From the NCBI RefSeq assembly GCF_963921235.1, contig NC_086097.1:222954001-223018000 (forward strand): a stretch of 64,000 bases of DNA, written 5' to 3'. This DNA is from Mobula hypostoma (taxonomy: Eukaryota). The notes under the pieces are model-generated. The model saw only the letters and a program-made list of their open reading frames with translations, had not been told where the DNA came from and made no database searches. Below are positions 1 through 13,945 of the stretch, piece by piece (within the stretch, counting starts at the first letter, position 1; the number at the start of each line of letters is the position of its first letter). Both the position numbers and the translations under genes were made by a program.

Positions 1-1661
1 ATCATTCCCTACTCTTCCCTCAAACCACTTAGAATTGCTAAAGTTAATTATATTGTGCGGTTATCAGGAGATGGCAATGCATATATTTTGTAAGCAAGAT
101 GTTTTGATGGCAGTTCTAACTGCATTTTACAAAAGTTGCCATGATCTTGCCTTGATATCGAATTGCATTCTTCCCTTTCCGGGCAATTGTTCATAACCTG
201 AAAGTAAGTCAGCTATGAACAAAAACAGTGTGTGGGAGAGGATCATAGAACTCCTGTGATGAGAGAGCAAGCAGTTGTGAGATGAACGGCTGCCTGTGAA
301 TCAGTGAGTGAGCTATTGTCCCATCTTAACTTGGCTTGACACCATCCCCCAGTTGTTACCCTTTGGGAGAGGGTGTAATAGAAATGGAAATACAGAAATG
401 CAGCAGCTAGCAAACCCCGACCTACCCCATCCATCTTGCTGGTGTCCATAAACCGGACATTTGTAACAGATGTGCTGAAAATATGTGGCATATTAATCAA
501 GATCTGACAAAGAAAAGCTGAGTTAAATTGTCAAGTTTATCAGAAACTAAATTGAGATTTGAGTTCTGATGAAGGTTGTATATCAAATATTCAATTTTCC
601 TTTATCTCTCAGGTGGTGGCTAACATGGTGAACTTTTATCTATTTTTATTAATGTGAAGATTGGAAATGTTCACATTTCTGATCTACATCTCGAAGTAAT
701 ATAAATATACGAATTTGGCTGACAGAGAATTTGCCTTTTTTCCCCATTGTTGTTTAACAAGAGCATTCAATTATGTCAAGAGCATTTTATTTCAAAGTCC
801 AAAATTTTTAGTGATGATTAAAATCTCATGATATTGTGGGCATTAATTTGAAAATCTGAGTTAAAGGTTAAATTCATTTCCATTCAGTTAATGTCTGGAA
901 TTAACAAAAATTTTACCGCTGCACTTTCGGTTGTCAGTTTGATTATATGTCATAGCAGCAAGTTTTGCAGAGAGTAAAAAGAAACTGTGGTATGACCTGA
1001 AAAAAAATCCAGTCATAGCTTGAGCTGATGTTCAGTTATAATGTGCCTTTTGGGCCTATTTGAAGTGCATTACCATCTGTCATTTCCTTTTGAACTTTAT
1101 GATATTTTTAACAATTGGGATGTAGTGGCATGCCAATGTTATGAAAGAACTATTATTGTTTTGCTATAATTAATTTTAGCTCAGTCTTCAATAAACACAA
1201 CGATAAATTTAGTTTGGTCATTGTTTCATTAGCTGTATCATTTATCTCTGCTCATGGTGTGTGCAGAGAAATTTAATTCAGGCAGTTTCTACTTTAATAG
1301 CAAAAAGTCCCTGTTATAGTATTTTAAAAAGGTCAAATTTAATTAGCTTCAATGCAAATCTTAAAAATGACAGATGTTATTTATTTTCCAAAAGTCTAAC
1401 TTGCTGCATTTTAAAATGTTAACGTTTTAAAACTTGTTGTATTTCAAAATTAGTTGGATTTATTTATGTATATATTTTGAACTGCACAAATTGCTATCAC
1501 TTTTTTTTCAAATGCAATTTGTACATACTTCAGAAGATATATGCAGCACAAAATATCTACTTAAGTAAATCCAACTAACCTGTAGGCTGACTCATGTTGT
1601 AAGCAATGCAGGGGACCTTTGTTATTATTGATTTTTTTTTTCTTTCCCTTTCTGTGTTTAG

Positions 1662-1772
1662 ACTTTCAGTATCTACTCTAGTTTGAGTGGATCGCCATTG
1701 ACTGCCAATGTGGCTTTTTCAGCACTCGCACTTTTTGATAAATTTAATTCTCCACTCATTTTGTTCCCTATG
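1662..1772 (+). CDS. ABCC (SUR/ABCC8/9-like) transporter, window exon 1: last TMD1 helix
   Basis: Polypyrimidine tract + tttAG acceptor, ATG|GTAAGT donor; 111 nt, phase 0/0; TFSIYSSLSGSPLTANVAFSALALFDKFNSPLILFPM resembles the ABCC TM11 pattern LT..AF.SL.LF..L..PL. Confidence 0.88.
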
Positions 1773-2099
1773 GTAAGTTCAATACTACTTTGCTAAGTAC
1801 ATATAACACAAGACTTTAGAGAGACGAGATTGAAATAATTTGTGATTTGGTCTGCTGTGTGGAGTGCTTGCTGAGACAAATAAAGTATCAATAAGTTTCA
1901 AAGAGGTTTTTAAAACTGGCAGGGGATCTGTATCCCTGGCCAGTAATAATAAATATTTACATCTGTGCACTAAGAATCATTTACAGTGGAGTGGCTCAAT
2001 ACTTTGTCCATTGTCAGATTGGATCATTCAACTATGAAGGAAACATTAAAATGGACCCTTCATGCATGAAAGAGCAAAAGGCCATTCACATCATTGACA

Positions 2100-2320
2100 T
2101 GAGAGACTGCAAATGCTGGAAATCTGCAGCAACATACACAAAGTGCTGGAGGAACTCAGATGGTCAGGCAGCGTCTATGGAGGGAAATGAACAGTCAACA
2201 TTTCGTGCTTGGGTTCTTTATCATGTCCTGATGAATGGTCTTGGACTGAAATATCAACTGTTCATTTCCCTCCACAGGTGGCCCCTGACCTGTGGAGTTC
2301 CCCCGGCATTTTGTGAATGT
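2100..2320. mobile_element. Penelope-type fold-back (inverted) repeat, degenerate
   Basis: Left arm aaagtgctggaggaactca..ggtcagg..tggagggaaatgaacagt pairs with right arm actgttcatttccctcca..cctgacc..gagttccccc; same family recurs many times in the window. Confidence 0.65.
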
Positions 2321-2555
2321 TCACTCACATCACTGAGCTCTTTTCACAACTTAGTTCATGACTGGTCATGAATCAATTTAATTTATCTTGTTCTTATTCC
2401 TTCTTCCAAATTGGCATCCATTAAAAAAAATCAATACTTGCCTTGAAAATTTGAATTGATCAAAGATGCAAGTTTTTTTTGGAATTTCTGACTACTACTG
2501 CTCATTGTTTAATTTCATCCTGAAATAGGGTGACTTAATACTAATTGTGGATACT

Positions 2556-3050
2556 ATAGAGTGAATGCAGAGGAGATTTACAAAGATATTGCCTGGATTG
2601 GAGAGCATGCCTTATGAGAATAGGTTGAGTGATTTTGGCCTTTTCTCCTTGGAGCGACGGAGGATGAGAGGTGACCTGACAGAGGTGTATAAGACGATGA
2701 AGGGCATTGATCGTATGGATAGCCAGAGGCTTTTTTCCCAGGGCTGAAATGGCTAACATGGGGGGCATAGTTTTAAGGTGCTTGGAAGTGGTATAAAGGG
2801 GACGTCAGAAGTAAGTTTTTCACATAGAGAGTGGTGGGTGCATGAAATGCATTGCTAATGAAGGTGGTACAGGTGGATACAATAGGGTCTTTTATGAGAC
2901 TCGTAGATAGGTACGTGGAGATTAGAAAAATAGAGGGCTATGTGGTAGAGAAATTCTAGACAGCTTCTAGAATAGGTTACATAGTCGGCATAACATTGTG
3001 GGCCGAAGGGCCTGTAATGTGCTGTAGATTTTGTATGTTCTGTGTTCTAA
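2556..3050 (+). mobile_element. CR1 LINE, 5'-truncated 3' end
   Basis: QRRFTKILPGLESMPYENRLSDFGLFSLERRRMRGDL (CR1 ORF2 C-terminus); 3' tail gggccgaagggcctgta...tgttctgtgttcta. Confidence 0.9.
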
Positions 3051-4419
3051 TTATTATGTTTTTGTACTGTTAAAGATTTCTTCAATGAAGTTCTTTTTTT
3101 CTGTTTGTACTGTACTTTATTAAATAGCCTGGTGAGTTTCATCATCTCTCAAACTTTCAAGCTTGGGATAACAGCAACTGAAATGAAGTTGTCTTCTATT
3201 GTATTTTAACCGCTATGCCATTCTAGTGAATCTGTTATTTATCATTTATCTGAGACAAAAGTAAAATTCTGTGTTAGCTTTAAATGAAAACAAAATACTG
3301 GAAATGGTCAGCAGATTTCCAGGATCTGTAGAAAAACAAGCAAAGATCAGATATTTTATCAGAACTAGAACAAGTTTAAGGTGCAGGAAATCAGCAAGTC
3401 AAACAGCATCTATGGGAGGAAAGAAATAGGTGATGTTTTTGGGAAAAGAGACTGGAATTCTGAGGTGGCCAGTATAAAGAGAAAGGGGGTGATGAGTCAG
3501 AAGTCCAAGGTGATTAGTAGTTTCAGAGTATTGCAGGTGGGTTGCACCAGGTAGGAAAGGGGAGTGGTGGGGGAGACAGTGGCAGGTGAATTTTGGCAGA
3601 CAGAGGGGCGAAAAATTGTGAGGCGGCTGGAGCAAGGTGTGGTGAATGGGGAACTGGGGGGTGAACAGTGTGTGAAGTGGGTAGATTGAACCAGTTGGGG
3701 GAGGTGGACAAAGATGGGAGAAGGGGCTTGTGGTTTGAGAGTAAGAGGACAAAATTAGGAGGACTGGAGAAGGATTGCAAGGAAAGAGAAAAGGGGAAAA
3801 GGTAAAAAGTGGGAAACAACCTACTGGAAGGGAGGGTTACCTAAAATTTGTTTATACCATTGTTTTTTTAGAACACCCAGGTGGAATATGAGGTGAGGTT
3901 AGGTGAGTAAATTGCAGAGTATGCAGTCCCTTGTGTCTCTCAAGCTAGAGGCGTAACAAGTTTTAAATGAGTAATGAATTGGGGAATGTTGAGTTGGGTT
4001 GGGAGCTGGTGTGGAAAAGAAAAGCAAGAATGAAAATTGGGATCTCGGATTAGATGAATCATTGGACTCTTAAACAACAAACTGTGTAATCCAAAAAAAG
4101 TGGATTGATTAAAGGAGCGAAACATTAAAGACTGAGACGGCTTGAATTTGTTTACTCTATTACATTGGTATATAATGCAATAAAGAGATAGAAAGATTTG
4201 ATCTAAAGAGAGAGAGATAATAAAAAGTAAAAATAAAAATGCACATTATCATTTCTAAATCTGTAAGTTACTTTAAAGAATGTACTGGATACAAGTTATA
4301 TTGCAGGAATAAAGCTGGGGGGAGCTCAGGAAAATTCTAATCTCTTTGGAAGTGGTAGAAAGCAAATTGCTGGAGCTGTCGATTGACATTTCCTGGGCCA
4401 TGACTTCCTGATTTTGGAA

Positions 4420-6190
4420 AAAGTGCCAATGGAATGAAAAGCTCTGAACAGAATTCCTTTATCAAAAATGAAGCAAGATAGAAAGCAGGAAACTACGAAC
4501 AATTATCTTAACATATCTCACTGGAAGAATATTAGAAGCCATTATTATTAAACACATTATTGCATAGCATGCAGAAAATTTCAAGATAATTTGGGCAAAA
4601 TTAACATGGTCATGTGAAATGGTAATTATTTTTGACTGATTTATTGGAGTTTTTTTTAAAAAATAACACGGTGGAGGCGAGATTTCCAGAAACCATTTAA
4701 TGGGATGGCACTTCAGAGGTTATTGTGGGTCAGGTTGTAGGATGTAACAGTGGCCTGGAGCAGAGTAGGCATCAGTGGTGAAAATCAAGAACGAAGTGCA
4801 GATGCTAGAAATCTGAAATTGAAACAGAAAATATCAGGGAAAATCAGCAGATTGGGGATGAGAGTCTTGATGTATTGTAGGATCGCACAGTAGTCATGAC
4901 CAGCTCCTTTAAAAAAATCTCTCGGCCTTTACTCCGGTTGTATTAAGTTCATGTGCTTTAATTCAAGCGCCCCTCAATTAAACTCCTTCTCTCATCGATC
5001 TTTAACCCATGAACCCTGATCATTAAATCCCATCCCTCTTCCATATAACCCCAGTTCATAAATGCTTTCCAAATCCACAAGCCTTGTATATCGGATGTGC
5101 CTTGCATGTGAAGACTGGGACAGCTGTTCACAAGTCCTTGGGATTGGAGAGGGCAAGGCAAAGGAGGAACTTGGCTATGACTGCCTTCCCAAATGAGATT
5201 GTGACGTCCATCCAAATCTTAATGCCTCGCTGTACTGAGTGACTACAACAAAAATGTGACTAAATTTGTTTCTTTCGCACAAATCCAATCCATCACCCTC
5301 AAAGTTAATGCTGGCCTCAGCTGTTAAATAATGGCACTGGCTCACCTTGTCATCAATAATAAAATAGCTTAATATGAGAGAAAAACATCCGGTAAGAATG
5401 CATCTCTAGTTATTACATGGGATTCAATAGGAGAAGTGTGTTGACATGACAGAAAGTCATGTTAGAGGCTGTTTTCTAGGAACTTGACCTTGCTGTTTCA
5501 TAGGGATTGCCTGCATCGTGTGAGATATAGAATTATCCATTCTGCCTGGAAAAATAAAATGAACATTTATAAATAATGAGAGATTGCAGAGCTCTGCCAA
5601 TCAGAGAGACTTGAGTTTCCTAATTCATGACTTGTAAAAAAAATTATGACATGGCTACGTCAAATGATTGAGAACGTTAACAGAATGTAAGTGTTCATTG
5701 CTAGGAGAACCGAATGTAAAAATAAGGAGGATGCTGATGAGACAGCTCCTGGTATTCTGTGTATAGTACTGATCTTCTAAATTAACAAAGGATAATAGTG
5801 TATTGGAAACAGCTCAAAAGAATTTTACATGACTAATTCCTAGTATGGGTTGGTTACCTTTTGAGAGAAGTTTGGACAGGTTAGGTTTGCATTTGTCAGT
5901 ATTTAAAAGTAAGAGAGGAGTTGAATGACTCACGTAGAGGGTGAATGCACAGAGTGTGTTTCCTCTGATGAGTGAATCTAGAACTGAGAGTCACTGTTTA
6001 GAAGAAAGGGGTTACTTATTTAAAACAGATGAATTAAAACATTTTCACATTCATATTTTAAGGCAGAGGTAGGCTGATGTTTGGTAAGTGGGGTAAAAGG
6101 TTATGGAGATTAGTGGGGATGCAGTAAAATCAGCCATAATCTCACTGAATGGCTTAGCAAGCTTGAGGGGCAGAGTGGTCTTCCCCAGCT
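4420..6190 (+). mobile_element. Old fragmented CR1 with an unassigned internal segment (~4780-5560)
   Basis: Decayed RT-like pieces (gcaggaaactacgaacaattatcttaac; gatttccagaaaccattt) and CR1-like 3' end aatggcttagcaagcttgaggggcagagtgg; boundaries approximate. Confidence 0.5.
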
Positions 6191-6754
6191 CCTGGTTAAT
6201 ATATTCTTACATGCATATGAACACAAAAACCTCTTTCTATAAAATTAGAACAAGCAAATGGTCCAGGAATATGGCAATCCACAATTCACAATCCATGTGT
6301 TACCCATCTCTTTACACATTTCTGTCTGACTTCTCATTAATAAGATTGTGCAAGGATCTCTTCAGTACATTTCATCCTAAAGTAGTTGAAATGTTGCTGT
6401 TCATTTACTAAGGCAAGTTTCTCCAATGATCCTCTGGATTGTTTTGTCACCCTTTCTCATTCTCTACTTTATGGACCTCCTGTATGTTTCAGGTTGTTTT
6501 ACATTGTCTCTTGACTTCTAAATTTGTCTAATCCTAACAGGCCCAAAGTGATAATTATTCAGACTTGTACATTCCCTTTGCTTTCTGAGTTCCTAAACTC
6601 AATGCTTCTCCTTGTGAGTGTTGATCCTTGTGCTCCCAGCCTTTCATGCTGTTCCCGGATTTGAAAATCCCATTTGCAAGACCAATGTTCCTTCTGTTGT
6701 TCTCTAGTGAGAAAGTGTCGCATCAGTAGTTATTTTTTCCAAGTTGGGCGGGTC

Positions 6755-7100
6755 AAAGTCAAAGTAGAATTCTGTGGTCATATGCATAACTTACTTAACT
6801 TGCAACAGCATAACAGGTATGTTGCAGCATTCACAAGAAAAACATTATGCACAATTTTTACAAGAAAACAGGAATAGGACAGGAATAGGACAGAAAGAAC
6901 TCATTTCATTGCAGAGGTTGAAGTAGTCATAGTTTTGCTAAACTACAGTGATTAGGGTTTTGCCAGCTGGTTCAAGTGAAGTAGCTATTCTTGAACCTGG
7001 TGGTGTGGGACCTTAGGCTTCAGTACCTCCTGCTGGGAGAAGATGGCATGGTCTTGGTGGTGGGGATCTTTGATGAGAGGTGTTGCCTTCTTGCATCAGG
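6755..7100 (-). mobile_element. Rex1/Babar-type LINE 3' fragment, decayed
   Basis: ttcttgaacctggtggtgtgggacct...ggtggtggggatctttgatg shared with the other minus-strand Rex tails in the window. Confidence 0.6.
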
Positions 7101-7609
7101 CTGTTTGAGAGCTGTTGGAACTTCACTCATCTAAGCTGGTATTTCATCATACTCCTGATTGATGCCTTGTATGTGGTATCTGGAGTGTCAGAGGGTGAGT
7201 CACTCACACAGGAAACCCGTTCTTGGATGTACTCACATTATGTGTCTTTCATGTAGCTAACGCAGCTTCTGATCAATAATGATTCCTGAGGATATAGTGG
7301 GGAACTCGATGATGATAAAGCCATTTAATGTCGAGACCAGAGGATAAGACCTTCTATGGGCTGGATATAACAATCATATAGCATCTTTGTGATTTTACTC
7401 TGCTTTTTGTGAACTGGGTGTAATAGGACAATTCTCCACATTTTTGGATAGAGACAGTGTTTTAACTGCACTGGAACAGTGTGGGTAGAAGTACAGTTAG
7501 TTTTGATGTGCAGGTCTTCAGTTTTAAAATGGGGCCAATCATTAGAGCAGATGAAAAGTATGCTATCTTGTGCTCTCAACTTCCTAAAGCCTTTTCTAGG
7601 ACACAGACA

Positions 7610-7930
7610 AAAGAGATACAGGAGCAGAACTGGGTCTTTCAGTTTGCTGCACCATTCCATCATGGCTGATTCAACTCCATTCAACTCCATTTTCCTCTTT
7701 TCTCCCTGTAAGATTTGATGCTGTTACTAATCAAGAGACCATCAACCTCAGCTTTAAGTATACCCAATAATTTGGTCTCCATAGCTGTCGGTGGCAAAGA
7801 GTTCAAAAAGTTTCAAATTCAAATTTCACAGATTCATCACCCTATGGCCAAAGAAATTCCTCGTCATCTCTGTTCTAAAGAGACTTCCTTGTATTCTGCG
7901 CCCTCTGGTCCTAGACTTCCCCAATATAAA
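7610..7930 (-). mobile_element. CR1 3' end
   Basis: aggagcagaa..ctgcaccattccatcatggctgat is the reverse complement of the CR1 3' UTR also seen at 11166 and 47010. Confidence 0.7.
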
Positions 7931-8210
7931 AGGAAGAATTTATGGAGTTTAATGGAATATTGTCTGTTTGCCTGGATGAGTGGTGGTCAAGATGGCTGTT
8001 TGATAAATAAGCCCAAGAGTCAACATGCAATGTGTATGCTGCAAAGCAGTAGCTTTCCAAGGTCTAAAAACACTTCTAAAACTATTACCTTTGCAACTTA
8101 AGAGGGAAAAAGCAACAGCAACAGCAACTTTTCCAAGTTGCTCAGCATCTAATTTACAGAAATAGTAGAATCTCGAGACAAGCTTTTACAGTGTACCTGC
8201 AGCACTAATG

Positions 8211-8562
8211 TCAAAGAGGATGCTGTCTAAGTTGCATGCCATCTTGGTCAATGTCTCCCATCCACTGCATAATGTACTGGATGGGCACAGGAGTACATTC
8301 AGCCAGAGACTCATTCCACCAAGATGCAACACAGAGCGTCATAGGAAGTCATTCCTGCCTGTGGCCATCAAACTTTACAACTCCTCCCTTGGAGGGTCAG
8401 ACATCCTGAGCCAATAGGCTGGTCCTGGACTTATTTCATAATTTACTGGCATAATTTACATATTACTATTTAACTATTTATGGTTCTATTACTATTTATT
8501 ATTTATGGAGCAACTGTAACGAAAACCAATTTCCCCCGGGATTAATAAAGTGTGATTATGAC
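8211..8562 (+). mobile_element. Rex1/Babar-type LINE, young 3' fragment
   Basis: KRMLSKLHAIL...HPLH...RCNTERHRKSFLPVAIKLYN; AATAAA + degenerate (CTATGA)n tail; near-identical to the 47377-48352 copy. Confidence 0.88.
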
Positions 8563-9849
8563 TAAATAGCACAACTGCAAAATTAGGACAACTCATTCTA
8601 ACCATCTTCCATCTCGTTAACTTACTCTTAATCATCTGCAAGGTAATTGAAGGTGTTGTCGACAATGCCGTCAAATACTTTGTAGCTCTTTATTGCTAAT
8701 CCTTTACAAATTCTGATGGAAAAAAAATATATATGTATAGTTTCCTTTCTGAGGGAGTTCACACTGCAGCCATTCATAAAGGCTGTTCAGTACCGTGGAT
8801 ATGGCCGATAAATGCAGCTTTTGTCAGCTCTGCCAATGTCCATGAAAGAATTTTAAAATTGTATGACTATTTCTTTTGAATGCATTCCTTATGATTATTT
8901 CATCATGCATTTTATTGTTTTATGCTTGAGAACATTTTTGGTGGGGTTAGGCTTGGTAGGGGTGAAGTGGGTGCCACTGGGCAATGTTTTAGCAGGATCC
9001 CAAATGGTGTGGGTGTCCAAGAAATTGTAATTTAATTCTTTATGCAGGAATTTAACCCTGAAGATGAGGATTTTAAATATGAAGTGTTGGGGAATTAGAA
9101 ACAATTATAGGTCAATAACTTCAACACCAAAATACTTTAACTCAATAAGTTTTGAAGAACTGCTGTAATTTGCTCAAAATATAGCAGGCTAATTGTATAC
9201 TTCAACCGGAAGCAAAGCAAGAAATGATTGCTGGCACCTAAAATTTAAAACAAAACTACTGCGAATGCTGGAAACCTGAAATATAATAACACAATAAATA
9301 TTCAGCAGGTCAGACTGCATCTGTATGGAGAGCAGCCAAGTTATCAAGTGAGACTATGACCTATTTGGCAAAGCATATTAATTCTGATAAAAAGCCATTG
9401 TCCTGAAATGTCTATTCTTCCTTTTTCACTAATACTGCCTCACCAGCTGAAGAGTTCAGGCATTTTCTTTTTAAATTAAACCAGAATTTTCCCTGATTCT
9501 CTCTAAATAACATGCTCTGAGAGTCTCGATCGAAGAAAAGTTACCTAAGTTTATTGTCCCGATAATGGGATTCCAGCGTTCTGTCAGCATAGCAATGGAG
9601 TCTGGCACATCTAGATCCTTTGGTCCTGGAGAGAGACTTGAATCCACAGTATCTAACTTAAGTGAAAACATTACCATTACTTTAAATGTAATGTGATTTC
9701 TATGATCCACATATTTGTTCAATTTAATTTTAACTCCTTCAGTGTAAATTTTCCTAGCCAGGTTTGAGAGCGAAATGAAGATTTAAGAACATTCAGTTAA
9801 TCCCATGTCTGTATATAGTTCTTTTCATGGCCTACGTGGATCATTTCCT

Positions 9850-10075
9850 TTCTTATTTGGAGATACAACAGGCCCCTGCCGACAATTACATCCATGTGAC
9901 CAATTCATCTACTGCCCCGTACATTTTTGGAATGTCGGAGGAAACCGGGGCACCCGGAGGAAACATGCAATCACGGGGAGAATGTACAAATTCCTTACAG
10001 ACAGCAGCAGGAATTGAACCCAGGTCACTGGCATCGTAATACATTATACTAACCGCTACACTGTCGTGTCACCCC
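9850..10075 (-). mobile_element. tRNA-derived V-SINE (HE1-like)
   Basis: Minus strand: tRNA-like head with B-box GGTTCAATTCC, then V-domain-like tttgtacattctccccgtg...tttcctccgggtgccccggtttcctcc; 3' boundary approximate. Confidence 0.8.
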
Positions 10076-10102
10076 TATGTTTCCTTCCCACCCCTGTGAT
10101 AG

Positions 10103-10715
10103 TGTTGTCGCCAATAATAAAATAACTAGGCCCAGAACACGAGACTCTTACAACTCAAACAAGTTTTTATTTTACTTGTGTACAAGGAGGACGGGATGGT
10201 TCCTGTCACCCACACCATTCTGAAGTCTAAACAGCAAACTGCTATTTTTCTGCAGAATTGACTTATCAGTTACAGTTACTGACCATCTGGTAAATTGTAT
10301 GTGTTTGAATTTCTTACCCACAAGATCCATTACTATTCATAATAAAATTCAAAAGTTAAAAGTCAAATGCAACTTCAAGGTATTTTGAGGTTAGTAAAGC
10401 ATTTGTCCCGTAGTTGTTGAGTGTGTTTCACATCCTTCCATTATTCTTATCTCGTCTGGCACCCCGGATTGTGTAAAAGTACAGAGGCCTCACTCGACTG
10501 ACTTGAGTGAACATAACAGAAGTCAGCTTGCCGCTTGCCCCCGCCCCCGCCTGTCTCGTTTGTAGGAACCAGAGGTGTCTCTGGCAGTCTCACTTGACCA
10601 CATCAGCCCTAGGCTATTCTTGCCTGGATGTTATCTTTAACCTTTGCCTTACCACAACTTCCACAGCAGCCCAATCGATAATCTGTCAGTTTTTTGCTAA
10701 ATTGGAGTATTAACA
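10103..10715 (-). mobile_element. Candidate solo LTR
   Basis: TGTT...AACA termini, 613 bp, minus-strand AATAAA about 65 nt from the 3' end; no clean 4-6 bp TSD. Confidence 0.4.
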
Positions 10716-11165
10716 TTGTAATAGCATACTCTAAATTAGGTTGGATTGAATAACACTCTACCTAGCACTTATCTATTTAGAATTAAATGAATTACGCTGT
10801 TTGTCAGTGCCTTGGTTTTAATTTGTTGTATAAACTGCCTGGCATGTAAGGAATTTTATAAATAAAGTGTTTTTCTGTGTAGTAGAGAGAATGTAGCGGG
10901 AGTTTTAACATGGTTTTGTGAAATTGCTTTGTAATCTAAAAATAAGCAGCTTTCAAAGTAGCAGTATTTTTGAAACTGAAACTTTTGATAATCTCCGTTG
11001 CTTGAAATCAGCCACCCATCAATTTTCAAAATGACTATTACAGGCTGCTCTAGAATATGCAGACCTGTGCACTAGTTTATTTTTCCTCTCTGCCTGTCCT
11101 CTGAGTGAAGTTTTGTGTCAGTGACAGTTTGCTACTGGCAATCTGGCTGAATTTTAGAATCCAAT

Positions 11166-13945
11166 ATAAGACCATAAGACATAGGAGCAGAATTAGGCCA
11201 TTCAGCCCATCAAGTCTGCTCCGCCATTCCATCATGGCTGATTCCAGATCTCAATCAATCCCATACACCTGCCTTCTTGCCATATCCTTTGATGCCCTGA
11301 CTGATAGGAAACAATCAGCTTCTGCCTTAAATATATGCATGGACTTGGCCCCCACCGCAGTCTGTGGCAGAGTATTCCACAGATTCACTACACTCTGGCG
11401 GAAAAAAATTCTTGCTTACCTCTGTACTAAAAGGTTGCTCCTCAATTTTGAGGCTGTGTCCTCTAGATCTGGATACCCCCACCACAGGAAACATCCTCTC
11501 CACATCCACCCTATCTAATCCTTTCAACATTCAGTTTCAATGAGATCCCCGCACATTCTTCTGAATTCCAGTGAGGACAGGCCCAAAGCTGCCAAACACC
11601 CTCATATGTTAACCCCTTCATTCCTGGAATCATCCTCGTGAACCTCCCTGAGGAACACCACTAGTTACCGGTAGCCAACCAGAAAAGGCCCCTTTTATTC
11701 CCACTCGCTGCCTCCTGTCTGTCAGCTATTCCTCTATCCATGCCAGTATCTTTCCTGTAATGCCATAGCATTTTGTTTTGTTAAGCAGCCTCGTGTGGAA
11801 CCTTATCAAATGCCTTCTAAAAATCTAAGTAAATGACATTCACTGCCTCTCCTTTATTCACCCTACTTGTTTCTTTGTCGAAGAACTCTAACAGATTTGT
11901 CAGGCAAGATTTCCTTTACAGAAACCATGCTGACTGACTTATTTTATCATTAGTCTCCAAGTACCCCGAAACCTCATCCTTAATAATTGATGACAACGCT
12001 TTCCCAACCACTGAGGTTAGGCTAACTGGCCTATAATTTCCTTCCTTATGCTTTCCTCCCTTCTTAAATAGTGGAATGATATTTGCAATTTTCCAGTCTT
12101 TCTTGAAAGATCATGACCAATGCATCAGTTTTCTCTTCAGCAACCTCTCTCAGGACTCTGGGATGTAATCCATCTGGTCCAAGTGACTTATCCACCTTAA
12201 GTCACGTTTGTGTTTCCCTATCACCTTTTCTTTTGTGATAACAATGGCACTCATTCCTGCTCCCTGACACTCACAGACCTCTGGCACACTGCAAGTGTCT
12301 TCTACAGTGAAGACAGATACAGAGTACGCATTAAGTTCTCTGCCATTTCTTTGTCCCCCATTACTACCTCACCAGCGTCATTTTCAACTGTCATCTAAAG
12401 ATATAATTCCATCTCTTACCAACAGAGCCACACCACAGCCTATGCCTTCCTGCATGTCCTTTCGATACAAAGTGTATCCTTTGATGTTAAGCTCCCAACT
12501 ATGGCCTTCCTTAGGCCATGACTCAGCGATGCCCACAACATCATATCGACCAATCTCTAATTGCGCCACAAGTTCATCCACCTTATTCCGAATGCTACAC
12601 CTTCAGTCTTGCATTCTTCGCCCTTTTGAATTTTGCCTCTGTGGTACAATTTAACTCTTAGCTCTCTCTGCATTTGTACCCAATCATTGGCTTATCCTTC
12701 CTTACATTCCTGTCACATACATCATCTACTTGTAAACTTGCTGTCTCATCCTCAGCTCTGTCATACTGGTTCCCATCCTCCTGCCATATTATTTTAAACT
12801 ACTCCTAACAGGTCTAGTAAACCTGCCTGCAAGAATATTGGTCCCCCTCGGATTCAAGTGCAACCCATCCCTTTTGTACAAGTCCTACCTGCCCCAGAAG
12901 AGGTCGCAATTATCCAGTTATCTGAATCCTTGCCCCCTGCTCCAATTCTTCAGCCACGCATTTATCTGCCACCTCTTCTATTCCTATCCTCACTGTCGCG
13001 TGGCACAGGCATCAATCCTCAGATTACTACCCACGAGGTCCTGCTTCTCAACTTCCTTCCTAACTCCCTGTGTTCTTTTTTCAGAACCTCCTCCCTTTTC
13101 TACCTGTGTCATTGGTACCAATATGTATCATGACTTCTGGCTGCTCACCCTCCCGTTTCAGGATATTGTGGACGCATCCAGAAACATCTCAGACCCTGGC
13201 ACCTGGGAGGCAAACTGCCATCCATGTTTCCTTTTCGCATCCACGAAATTGCCTAACTGACCCCCTAACTATAGAGTCCCCTATCACTGCTGCCATCCTG
13301 GTCAGTTCCCTACCTTTCTGAGCCACAGGGCCAGACTCTGTGCCAGAGGCACAGCCGCTATTGCTTCCCCCTCCCCAGCAGAACGCAAAATGGAATACTT
13401 ATTGCTGAGCGGGACAGCCACAGGGGTGCTGTCCGCAGTCTGATGTTCTCCAGTCCTCTCCTGACAGTCACCCATTTCTCTGTCTCCTTTAGCCTTGGGG
13501 TGACTACCACCCTATAACTCCTGTCTATCACTCCTTCACTCCCTAACAGATTGTAGGTCATGGAGCTGCAGCTCCAGTTCCCTAACACAGACTCTAAGGA
13601 GCTGCATCTCGATGCACCTGGTGCAGATGTGGCCATTGGAGAGGCTGGAAGTCTCCTGGAAGTACCATTTCTGACACTCAGAACACTAGCTCTGCAGACA
13701 TTTCCCCTATTCTCTCAAGAGTTAAGTAAGAAATAAGGATTGAACTCACCTACTTTCCTTGTCTCTGCCTGTTCTCGCCGAAGCCTTGTTGAGCCAAAGC
13801 CTTGCTACTCTGCCTCAGACCGCTCCCTCATCCGCTAGGCGGTACTTCTCTTTTATAGAGACTGGGTTTCTAAAGCTGATTGCCGGACCTGCGCAGGAAC
13901 ACTTCTGTTCTGTCTGTGCAGTACTCCAATCAATGACTCCCATCA
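11166..13945 (-). mobile_element. CR1 LINE spanning 5' UTR, ORF1, endonuclease, RT and 3' end, with internal deletions
   Basis: MDELVAQLEIGRYDVVGIAESW (APE endonuclease start, 12581); LKGLDRVDVERMFP (ORF2 C-terminus); decayed ORF1-like region at ~12830-13640; far shorter than a full element, with stops and frameshifts. Confidence 0.85.

Noticed and set aside
3399..3819. Pro/His/Ser-rich minus-strand ORFs
   Set aside because: By-product of a purine-rich low-complexity tract in a decayed Penelope-like region; no domain or splice support.
4900..5560. Unassigned insert within an old CR1 (ORF 4958-5215)
   Set aside because: No recognisable motif, termini or TSD, and the ORF has no protein-like features.
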